From the NCBI GenBank assembly GCA_951406725.2, contig OX597822.1:98270001-98334000 (forward strand): a stretch of 64,000 bases of DNA, written 5' to 3'. A model generated the notes under the pieces. That model saw nothing but the letters and a program-made list of their open reading frames with translations, was not told where the DNA came from and did no database searches. The stretch is from Octopus vulgaris (taxonomy: Eukaryota). This document shows, piece after piece, positions 38,073-49,560 of the stretch. A program made the translations under genes and the position numbers. Every line of letters starts with the position of its first letter. Within the stretch, counting starts at the first letter, position 1.

Positions 38073-38074
<2 letters not shown>

Positions 38075-38127
<53 letters not shown>

Positions 38128-38210
38128 GTGTGTATATATATATACACACACACACATATATATATAGGTATGTGTATATATATATATACACACACATATA
38201 TATATATGTA

Positions 38211-38254
<44 letters not shown>

Positions 38255-38407
38255 TATGTGTGTGTTTATATATATACATATACATATACATATATATACG
38301 TATATCTATGTATATATATATGTATATATATGCATATATATATATGCATATATATATGCACATATATATGCACATATATATATACATATATGTATATATA
38401 TATACGC

Positions 38408-38438
<31 letters not shown>

Positions 38439-38554
38439 CGCATATATATATATACATATATATATATGCACATATATATATATACACATATTTGTATATA
38501 TATATGCATATATATATATATATATATACATATATATATACATAAATGTATACG

Positions 38555-38597
<43 letters not shown>

Positions 38598-38972
38598 GTA
38601 TATATATATATATACATATATATATATGCACATATATATACACACATATATATACACATATATTTGTATATATATATGCATATATATATACATATATATA
38701 CATAAATGTATACGTATATATATATACATACATGAATATATACGTATATATATACATACATATACATATATTTATACATATATATACACATATATATATA
38801 CGTATATATATACATACATATACATATATTTATACATATATATACACATATATATATACATATAAACATATATATAAACATATAAACATATATATAAACA
38901 TATATATACACATATATATATATAGTTATACATATATAAATACACATATATATATACATATATATATATACA
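38075..38972. repeat. Compound (TA)/(TACA) microsatellite of about 900 bp
   Basis: Directly visible. Confidence 0.95.
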
Positions 38973-40118
38973 TACTTATTCTCACATTGATATGCATGTA
39001 TACATGCATATACATTTAATTATCAGTAGGTCTCCTTCTTTAGGTCATGTGCCACATGTTAGTTTTGCTGAAACCTTTTTACATTTCTGCCCCATAACCA
39101 TCCAAACATCGCCATCCCTTCCTTTTCTAAATCTGGATATATGCTCTCCTTGTGCACACCGCCACTTTTCCTGTACGTAAAAGCAGGGTGTCGTTTTGGG
39201 GATATTATCCTGCTACTTCTAGCAGCTGGTGTAGCCACAAAGAGACTCATTCATGTGTCCGTGGTGCCAATTTTCAGATGATAGTTGCGTTAGGTGTAAA
39301 TTGAGATCATGTGAAGTCAGGTAGGACTTGAACTTAGAGTTTAAGCGACAGATATACGTAGACATATGCAGCCGTTCTAAATATACTTAACAAATATTGA
39401 ATGTACTAACCATTAATGAACCACCACATTTTCGATTAACCTACTGGAAGCAACAACACACAAAATCACGCACCACACATATATATATATATAACTGGAA
39501 GAGATTGATTGAAGTACCTTTCAACATAGAAATCCTGGATGACCTGTAGCAAACCACAATAATAATGAAAATTAACCTGTACTACTAGTAACATGGAGAA
39601 CAGTTCTTGAACTGTTCACAAAAATTTATTGGTTATCAGTCGCAATAAAACCACCAATTTGGTAATACATCAATTTAATATTCCAGTAATTAAATATTTC
39701 ATGTTTTTTTTTATTCTGTAAGAAACGGTTGTTTGTTACATAAATTAAAAGTCTGATAATTTTACTATGGGGATGTGCAATGGTAATTTTTATGCGTTTA
39801 TCTATTTACTACAAGTGATGCATTTGGAAGATTAAGGAAATTACATGAATGAAAAATTTTGACAATTGCCGAGAGAAATGAAGTTACAGCTAGCGTTGTT
39901 TAACCGTTTATGCTCTATAATAATAACAATATCAAATATCAACAGAAAACCAATATATTAGGAAGGAGTCGTGGATTAATTAAGAACGTCGGACAAAAGA
40001 ACAGAGTAGTTATTCACGGCCCTTTAAATTGTGAGTTCAAATTCTGTCGAGGTGAGCTTTGCCTTTCATTTAATCATGGTCACTAATATAAAGTATTAGT
40101 CAAGTACTGAGATCAATT

Positions 40119-40632
40119 ATTTATATTATTTACATTCGACGGGTATTTGTCCTCATCCTGTTTGTTGCTAACACAGCGTTTCGGCTGATATACCCTCCGG
40201 CCTTCTTCAGGTGTCTTGGGGAAATTTCGAACCTGGGTTCTCATTCCTAAGATATTTTTCGATGTTACTATTATTAGTGTTCAGGTCACTGTTTGGAATC
40301 GAACTAGGAATCTTGCGGTTAGTAACCTGCACTCCTAACCACTACGTCATATGTCCGTGGGGATATGGCGTAGTGGTTAAGAGTGTGTAGTGGTTAAAAT
40401 TGCGGGTTACTAACCCCAAGATTCGGAGTTCGATTCTAAGCAGTGAGCTGAACACTAATAATAATGATAATAATAACAATAAAATCGAAAAACACCTTAG
40501 GAATGGGAACCCAGGTTCGAACAAGGCTGGAGGGAATATCAGGCGAAACGTTGTGTTAACAACAAATAAGAGGAGAACAAATATCTGTCGAATATAAATA
40601 ATGTATATAATTCCTCATCTCTTAAATCTAGA
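40119..40632. mobile_element. Head-to-head palindromic element, each arm a tRNA-like head followed by a Penelope-type minimal HHR (family E), 13-bp TSD
   Basis: TSD actgagatcaatt at 40106-40118 and 40633-40645; axis near 40357; arms read tggcgtagtggttaagag...gagttcgattc; HHR on the minus strand at 40170-40215. Confidence 0.8.
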
Positions 40633-41616
40633 ACTGAGATCAATTTAATCAATATTACCATCCTCCAAATTTTCAGCCATGTGCAAATTTTAAAAACCAA
40701 TGTTTTTGTAGTGAAGAAACAATTTCAGTATTTGATATTTGCAGCATCGGTGAGCTATGAATACAGGAAGTACAGGACCACATTTGAGTGTAGTATAACA
40801 TTTTTTCAAAAGTGCTTCTTTCTTTCCATTCAAAGTCCAATTAATTTCTTATTAATATTCAACTGGTACGTATGTATTATATCGAACTTGGAAGCATAAA
40901 ACTTATCTTCACCTAAAAAAACCGAATCGATCGCAGCGAAACAAAGAAATTTGTCTAATGCGGTATCGTATATTTTGTTCAGAAACCTATGAAAATACAG
41001 CCATCACCAGTCGTGAATGATAGGGTCTTTGGCAATGAATGCAATAAATAAATAAAGAATCAAAAAGTAGTGTAAGAGAATAAAAGGGGCCAATCATCTT
41101 ATCCAGAGCCTTTACAACAAGGAAGTGTCTTATTTTTAAGAAAAAAAAAAAAGGAAAGATTTAGTTGAGATTCAAAATCACATCAGAAACCAGGCTTTCC
41201 GGGATCTTACTACTCTAGAGAACACGTGCTTAATGACTTCAACATCAGCAACAGAGCGCACAGCTTTGTAGGTCGTAAGTCGACCGATTTCACCCCACAA
41301 TATGGTTTTTATTTACTTTATCGACCCCCTGAGAGATGAAAAGCAAAATAAACAGCTTATGCTATCCCTTTTCTCACACAAACCCAGTTTTTTTTAGATT
41401 CATTGAAGTGGGGGGTTCAAAAATAAAATGTGTAAGCATAGATGTGCGATAATCATTTTATTTTTATTTTAGTTTTTATCGTTATAAATCCAAAATAATC
41501 GAAAGCAAGTTGCTGACTTGAGTCTCTGGCAGTTCTTACATTGCCTTAAAGTATATATTTGAATACGGCATAATTACACTATTTCTCGTGATAGGGAAAT
41601 GTAGTAAATTTTAATA

Positions 41617-42020
41617 GGCACAGGAGTGGCTGTGTGGTAAGTAACTTGTTTACCAACCACATGGTTCCGGGTTCAGTCCCACTGCGCGGCACCTTGGGCA
41701 AGTGTCTTCTACTATAGCCTCGGGCCGACCAATGCCTTGTGAGTGGATTTGATAGACGGAAACTGAAAAGAAGCCCGTCGCATATATATGTATATATATA
41801 TATATGCGTGTGTGTGTTTGTGTGTCTGTGTTTGTTCCTCTAGCATTGCTTGACAACCGATGCTGGTGTGTTTATGTCCCCGTTACTTAGCGGTTCGGCA
41901 AAAGAGACCGATAGAATAAGTACTGGGCTTACAAAGAATAAGCCCCGGGGTCGAGTTGCTCGACTAAAGGCGGTGCTCCAGCATGGCCGCAGTCAAATGA
42001 CTGAAACAAGTAAAAGAATG
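41617..42020 (+). mobile_element. SINE family 2
   Basis: Matches 32662-33052; ends in GAAA-type repeats. Confidence 0.9.
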
Positions 42021-42419
42021 AAAGAAAGAATAAAGAAAGAATAAATATTAGTAGTGGATTAAATATTGGTGATTATTTTGTAAGAAAAGTAATAGAATGA
42101 GAAAAAGTTGAAAGAGTAGCGAAGGGAGTGTCTTTGAAGTCAAATAGTAGTGAAGTGTTACTAAGTACCAACTATAAGTCTGTCTGGAGCTCCCCCATAA
42201 CTGTCCTTATACCATACTTCGTCCACATCAGTAATGATAAAGATGAACCAAAGAAGGAAGGCGTATTCATAGAAAGCTCGTCTTGCTAAAAATACCAGCT
42301 AAGTGTACGTTAAGTAATGTTTTAGAAGTTTGAAACAGGAGACATTTGTATCCAAGATAAAGTAGTTCTAGATTTATTATATCTAACAGAGATGTGGTGG
42401 GGATCACGTCTGGGGTGTC

Positions 42420-42610
42420 TGTACTATCAACTACAATCTCAGTTGATCACCAAGGCGCTACAATCTCAGAGCCACAGGCAGTGAAGGACTTAGGGATCAG
42501 TATGTGCAATGAGGTATCATTGTATATGCACATTAGCAAAATTGTAGCAAAGTGCCGACATGTTGTAGGATAGATACTGAGGTCCTTCAAGACGAGACCA
42601 AGAAACTTTA
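42420..42610 (+). mobile_element. CR1-like LINE fragment
   Basis: Closely matches about 46010-46200, the post-RT part of the CR1-like fragment. Confidence 0.7.
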
Positions 42611-42818
42611 CGTTATCGTCGCTTACTGAAAGAGAGGAATGTGATCAACAAAATATGGTGGAACAAGCTTACATCTTTGGGTTTAGTAGAAAACAAAACA
42701 AATCGATTCGGGAGGAGCGGAAACAAAGTTCACTTTCGTTGGATTTTAATTCAGACGTGAACTAGATGGAACTAGATACTGTAAAAGCTTTTGTCATGAG
42801 TTTTAACGTTTGTATGTG

Positions 42819-43137
42819 AGGGCGCGTGGCTTAGTGGTTAGGGCATTCGGCTCATGATCGTAAGGTTGTGAGTTCGATTCCCGGCGACGCGTTGTGTCCT
42901 TGAGCAAGACACTTTATTTCACGTTGCTCCAGTCCACTCAGCTGGCAAAAATGAGTTGTACTTGTATTTCAAAGGGTCAGCCTTGTCACTCTCTGTGTCA
43001 CGCTGATTATCCCCGAGAACTACGTTAAGGGTACACGTGTCTGTGGAATGCTCAGCCATGTGCACGTTAATTTCACGAGCAAGCTGTTCCGTTGATCGTA
43101 TCAGCTGGGACCCTCGTCGTCGTAACCGACAGAGTCT
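42819..43137 (+). mobile_element. SINE with CORE-like 5' half and family 3 3' half
   Basis: Head and body like 2561-2700 (gttgtgtccttgagcaagacactt); from tgtatttcaaaggg onward matches about 29208-29380. Confidence 0.82.
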
Positions 43138-43344
43138 TTAAAACGTTTGTATAATTCCTTCTTGAATCCTTCTAATGCAACAATAACAACAATACTTAAG
43201 ACAACGTAAAGAACGAGACAAAAAAGACAAACGTAAGCACAAAATTAGAAATTTGAGGAGTCACTGAGATATTTAGAGAAATTAATCAAATCAATAAATC
43301 TATATATGTATGCACCTTTCTCGCTCTCTGTATATATTTCTGTA

Positions 43345-43733
43345 GTGGAGGTGCAATGGCCCAGTGGTTAGAGCAGCGGACTCGCGGTCATAGGATCGCG
43401 GTTTCGATTCCCAGACCGGGCGTTGTGAGTGTTTATTGAGCGAAAACACCTAAAAGCTCCACGAGGCTCCGGCAGGGGATCGTGGTGATCCCTGCTGTAC
43501 TCTTTCACCACAACTTTCTCTCACTCTTACTTCCTGTTTCTGTTGTACCTGTATTTCAAGGGGGCGGCCTTGTCACTCTCTGTGTCACGCTGAATATCCC
43601 CGAGAACTACGTTAAGGGTGCACGTTTCCGTGGAGTGCTCAGCCATTTACACGTTAATTTCACGAGCAGGCTGCTCCGTTGATTCGGATCAATCGGACCC
43701 CTCATCGTCGTAACCGACGGAGTGCTTCCACTA
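43345..43733 (+). mobile_element. SINE family 3
   Basis: Full length; TSD atatatttctgta on both sides. Confidence 0.9.
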
Positions 43734-44258
43734 ATATATTTCTGTATGTATATCTGTCCGTCTGTGTATCCGTCTGTCTACCTACCTACCTATCTTTAAA
43801 ATCAGTAAATTACTGGCACTTATAATAAAGGGTTGATATATAAAGAGTTGACATATAATGTATCGACCAGGTTCTTGGATGTCGTTATACAACGCTAGTA
43901 ACAAAGCAGTTACCTACATCCTTGTAACTTTCAGTTGATGCAACCCAGCTGGGTAGGCGGACTTAGCAGCGTTTTCTCTGAATAGAAAGCCACTCTGTCG
44001 CATAACTAATCTTGTGATGGTGAGTACAATACTAGGCTACGTGCATTCACATGTGTAATATATAACGTAGACAGCGAATCTACTGTATTATTAGTATCGA
44101 TCATTGAACTGTAAACCTAAAGCATTGCCAAATTTATACGATTTAGAAGATAACATGTCCTCCATTATACGACTGGCATATATTTTCACCATTATTGTAA
44201 GACAGGAAATGTCAAGGCGAAAACATCTTTAGACTATGTATCACTTTATAATAAATAA

Positions 44259-44303
<45 letters not shown>

Positions 44304-44561
44304 GGAATATTATTCCAAACTTACAGGGAAAAATTCAATTTAGAAATACTAAATCAAATTTCACAAAATATAATATATATATATATATATATATAGTTAG
44401 AAAAAAAACACATTTTATCAATTCAATAATGAAAAATTAAATTATACCATTTAGAAAATTACATGTTATACAAAAGATTAAATATAAGATAAAACATATA
44501 ACGATGATTAAGTAATGTGCAAAATAATAAATAAAACGTATATGTATATATATATATATAC

Positions 44562-44601
<40 letters not shown>

Positions 44602-44603
<2 letters not shown>

Positions 44604-45427
44604 TATAAGAAAAAGGGACAGGCAAAACAGGTTGATTGACCGCATACCGAAAAAATAGAAATAGCAGTCAAGAATGCTTATTTCTATCAAAGTTGGACTC
44701 CGGGCATGACAGACCCTGTAATTCACATATGCAAAACAGAAGGAATAGATAACGAATACGAAGTCTGGCGGTTATCTGTGAACATCATGTTTCTGGATTA
44801 TAAACATATTGAATATATATTGAATATATATTTTTGATATATATTTCATATACATTGCATATATATTTCACATCCTTCTTCAGCACAGCTTTCCATTGAA
44901 AAAGATTTATCATAGATTTATCAAATGCTACGTACCTCAAACCTTCTGACCATGCGACATCAAAATATTTGAAGGAAGTGAGCAAAAGCTAAACCTACAT
45001 AGACGTTTGAATTCATAAATCTTCCCTCCAAAATTTTGCCATGCGCATTACAAAAATAGTTCCATAAGATGGGGAACAATTAGGTTGTCAAAGGGAGTGA
45101 AAAATCCAAATAGTAATATAATAATAAAAAGTAAATAATTTCTATAAAGGCTTTTAAAAAAAACCCAATTATTTACTGGTAGAATTCGGTATGTAAATAT
45201 AGCCGATTACCGGCAGGAACTTCTGTAAAGTTCAGTATATATATATTGTATATAAGAAAAAGGGACAGGCAAAACAGGTTGCTTGACCGCATACCGAAAA
45301 AATAGAAATAGCAGTCAAGAATGCTTATTTCTATCAAAGTTGGACTCCGGGCATGACAGACCCTGTAATTCACATATGCAAAACAGAAGGAATAGATAAC
45401 GAATACGAAGTCTGGCGGTTATCTGTG
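44602..45427 (-). mobile_element. Retrozyme-like element, family F: 647-bp unit with 179-bp terminal direct repeats, between (TA)n tracts
   Basis: 44602-44780 repeated at 45249-45427 with one visible mismatch; (TA)n on both sides; internal HHR. Confidence 0.85.
44776..44888 (-). ncRNA. Type I hammerhead ribozyme with long AT-rich loop 2 (family F)
   Basis: Minus strand: CUGUG-CUGAAGA-a-GGAU-(long loop)-AUCC-a-GAAA-CAUGAUG-UU-CACAG; predicted cut between 44781 and 44780. Confidence 0.72.
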
Positions 45428-45659
45428 GCGGTTATATATATATATATATATAATGGCCTTCAAGTTTTGGTTTAAAAACCCTTTGAATAAAAAAGTCGAA
45501 GGCTTCAAAGAGTTATTTTTACCCAAAGTTTATTCGCTAAAAATCTACAGAATTCAACTTCGAGAAGACTTGAAATTAAGTTTTTTTTCTTTTAACTGTT
45601 GCGGTTAAAAGATAAAAAACTTAATTTCAAGTCTTCTCGAAGTTTTAAAAATTATGTAT

Positions 45660-46400
45660 ATATCATGGCATGTTGTCATAAGCTATGTCATTGCTGATAA
45701 ACTGGGAGAGTGACCGAATGACTTCCTTAAAAACAGGTAGTTGCAGCCAACGGTGCCCTTTCTGAGAAAACTCAAATCCTAAGTGATGTCCCCTAGAGGA
45801 CTGTTCTGGGACCATTAATGTTCATAATAGCCCTCTTAGACATACCCACGGTCACTCGGACAGCTACTGTCACTCGCTATGCCGACCATACAAACTTATC
45901 ACAGGCAATACAAAACCAAAATGACGCCACAAGCTTACAGTGGGACCTAAATTCAATATACAAGTGGGCCGAAATAAACAACATGAAGTTTAATGCTGGA
46001 AATTTCAAGTACTGCACTATCAACTACAATCTCAGTTGACCACGAAGGCGCTACAATCTCAGAGCCACAGGCAGTGAAGGACTTATGGATCACCATGTGC
46101 AATGACGTATCATTGTATATGCATATTAGCAAAATTGTAGCAAAGTGCAGACATGTAGGATAGATACTGAGGTCCTTCAAGACGACACCAAGAAACTATG
46201 TTGACCCTCTCAGCCGCCTGGAAAACTGCTCCCAGTGATGGTCACCACATAGTGCAAAGGTAATAGCGTAGTTTGAAGCATGTATGGAGAGGCTGAGAAA
46301 ACTACAACTTTACTCTCTGGAGCGAAAGCGTGAGAGATATGCAATAATATACAAATGAAAAATCCTAGAAGGGCAGGTACCTAGCTTCGGTATTGAGTGT
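45660..46400 (+). pseudogene. CR1/L2-like LINE RT fragment
   Basis: SDVP*RTVLGPLMFII, YADHT (from YADD), LQWDLNSIYKWAEINNMKFNAG. Confidence 0.85.
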
Positions 46401-46405
46401 TACTT

Positions 46406-46788
46406 GGAAGCACTCCGTCGGTTACGACGATGAGGGTCCGGTTGATCCGTATCAACGGAACAGCCTGCTCGTGAAATTAACGTGTAAGTGGCTGAGCACT
46501 CCACAGACACGTGCACCCTTAACGTAGTTCTCGGGGATATTCAGCGTGACATAGAGAGTGACAAGGCCGGCCCTTTGAAATACAGGTACAACAGAAACAG
46601 GAAGTAAGAGTGAGAGAAAGTTGTGGTGAAAGAGTACAGCAGGGATCACCACCATCGCCTGCCGGAGCCTCGTGGAGCTTTAGGTGCTTTCGCTCAATAA
46701 ACACTCACAACGCCCGGTCTGGGAATCGAAACCGCGATCCTATGACCGCGAGTCCGCTGTCCTAACCACTGGGCCATTGCGCCTCCAC
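46406..46788 (-). mobile_element. SINE family 3
   Basis: Reverse complement of 29003-29389. Confidence 0.9.
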
Positions 46789-46789
46789 A

Positions 46790-47435
46790 AATGTATGTAT
46801 GTGTGTGTGTGTATGCACATGTATTTTGTTTTGTTTGTATGTAAGCATATTGATATGAAAATAAACAGATCAACATACAGACGGATAGATACATAGGTTA
46901 TAAGAACAGACAAGCACACATACGCAAATGACCATATATACACACGCACGTTACTCCACACAGGACACATGGGGGACACGGATCCACATACTGGGATGCA
47001 CATCCATCCATACATACAAAAATGGTGCATAGTTGCATAACACACACAGAGACATGCACACACAAGGAAACAGAGGTGCATACATATACAAACACACGCT
47101 CATACATACATACACACATACATACATAGGTGCATGAATGCAAGCATAGGCATACACACACACGTGGTATTCCACACACATGCGTACGAACAAACAAACA
47201 AACAGTAAGGCAGTGTAAATAACGGACAGAGTCAAGACTATTGAAAAGGTTGCAAGACGCAACGAAAATTTTAGGAAAATAAAAATCAGTCATTAGTGGA
47301 AATTTTACAGGTGAGTGTATTAAATTATCAGGCACAAAAAGAAAATGACTCTCCCCCAGACACAATAGCATATATATTTATACATTTATATTATAGGTAT
47401 ATACACACATGTATACATATATAACATGTATACAC

Positions 47436-47470
<35 letters not shown>

Positions 47471-48147
47471 CACATGCACATATACATATATATTATATAA
47501 ATACACACATATATACATATACATATATATATATACATATATATTATAGATATATACACACATATATATCTATATATATTATAGATATATACACACATAT
47601 ATATCTATATATATTATAGATATGTATACATATATACACATATTTAGATATATACATATATACATATGTATACATATATACACATATATTTAGATATATA
47701 CATATATACATATATATTATAGGTATATATATACAGGCGCAATGGCCTAGTGGTTAGGGCAGCGGACTCGCGGTCGCAGGATCGCGGTTTCGATTCTCAG
47801 ACCGGGCGTTGTGTGTGTTTATTGAGCGAAAACACCTAAAAGCTCTACGAGGCTCCGGCAGGGGGTGGTGATCCCTGCTGTACTCTTTCACCACAATGGC
47901 GGTGCCCCAGCATGGCCACAGCTCAAGAGCTGAAACTGGAAAAACAAAAACAAAACAAACAATACATATATATACGCACACACACACACACACACATATA
48001 TATACACGCATATAACACATTATACATATATATACATATATATATATATACGTATCTATTGTATATATATATATAAATATAAAAAGATATAGAATATATA
48101 TACACATATAGTATATATTTATATAGAGAGACACATATATACACATA

Positions 48148-48190
<43 letters not shown>

Positions 48191-48562
48191 GATATACACT
48201 CACATACACATATAGAGATAGGTAGAGAGAGGGACCGAGATAGATAGATAGGTGCAGCGAGACAGGTAGAGGCGGCAAGACAGGTAGCTAGGGGGGCGGC
48301 GAGACAGATAGATAGAGAGAGCGAGACAGATAGATAGAGAGAGCGAGACAGATAGATAGAGAGAGCGAGACAGATAAATAGAGAGAGCGAGACAGATAAA
48401 TAGAGGGGGCGAGACAGATAGATAGATGGGGCGAGACGATTGATTGAGGGAGCGAGACAGATAGAGGGGCGGAGACAGATAAATAGAGGCGGCGAGACAG
48501 ATAGATAGAGGGGACGAGACAGAGGGGACGAGACAGATAGATTGAGGGAGCGAGACAGATCC

Positions 48563-48616
<54 letters not shown>

Positions 48617-49255
48617 GATAGATAGATAAAGAGATTGATAGAGATAGAGAGATATATAGTGAGAGAGATAGGTAGATAGATTGAGAGAGAGATAGAGAGA
48701 GATATATAGTGAGAAATATAGACAGATATAGAGCGACAGAGATAGATATTGATCTATAGAAAGAGAAAAAAGGAGATAGAGAGCGAGAGAGATAGATAGA
48801 GATAGAGCGAGATAGAGATAGGGGGAAATAGAGGGTGACAGAGAGAGATAGAGCGTGACAGAGATAGACGGTGATGCATATAGACATTTAGAAAGAGATA
48901 GACGGTGATAGAGAGAGATAGAGAGTGATAGAAAGAGATAAAGGGTGATAGAGAGATATAGAGGGTGAGAGAGATATAGAGGGTGAGAGAGATATAGAGG
49001 GTGACAGAGTGAGATAGATATAGATAGAGACAGATAGGTAGACAGGTAGGGAGGTATGACAGATAGACAGAGATGGACAGGTAGACAGAGATGGACATGT
49101 AGACAGAGATGGACAGGTAGAGATAGGCAGAGATGGACAGGTAGAGAGGGATAGGTAGAGATGGACAGGTAGAGATGGACAGGTAGATGGATAGTTACGT
49201 ATATGGATAGATATGTAGATAGATGGATAGATATGTAAATAAATGGATAGATATG

Positions 49256-49309
<54 letters not shown>

Positions 49310-49333
49310 TGTGGATAGATAGATAGATACGTG

Positions 49334-49417
<84 letters not shown>

Positions 49418-49560
49418 CGTGGATAGATATGTAGATAGCTATGTAGATAGCTATGTAGATAGCTATGTAGATAGCTATGTAGATAGCTATGTAGATAGCT
49501 ATGTAGATAGCTATGTAGATAGCTATGTAGATAGCTATGTAGATAGCTATGTAGATAGAT
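46790..49560. repeat. Compound microsatellite/minisatellite field: CA, TA, GA-rich ~20-mers, (GATA)n and the 12-mer GATAGCTATGTA
   Basis: Directly visible. Confidence 0.9.
47735..47945 (+). mobile_element. Chimeric SINE: family 3 5' half joined to a family 2-type tail
   Basis: Family 3 up to ctttcaccacaa (about 47896), then ggcggtgccccagcatggccacagc...tgaaact. Confidence 0.75.

Noticed and set aside
36842-39019. Long ORFs rich in Y/I/H/T/C/V (also 46740-49656 and 25747-26214)
   Set aside because: They are translations of TA/CA/GATA microsatellites that lack stop codons, not genes
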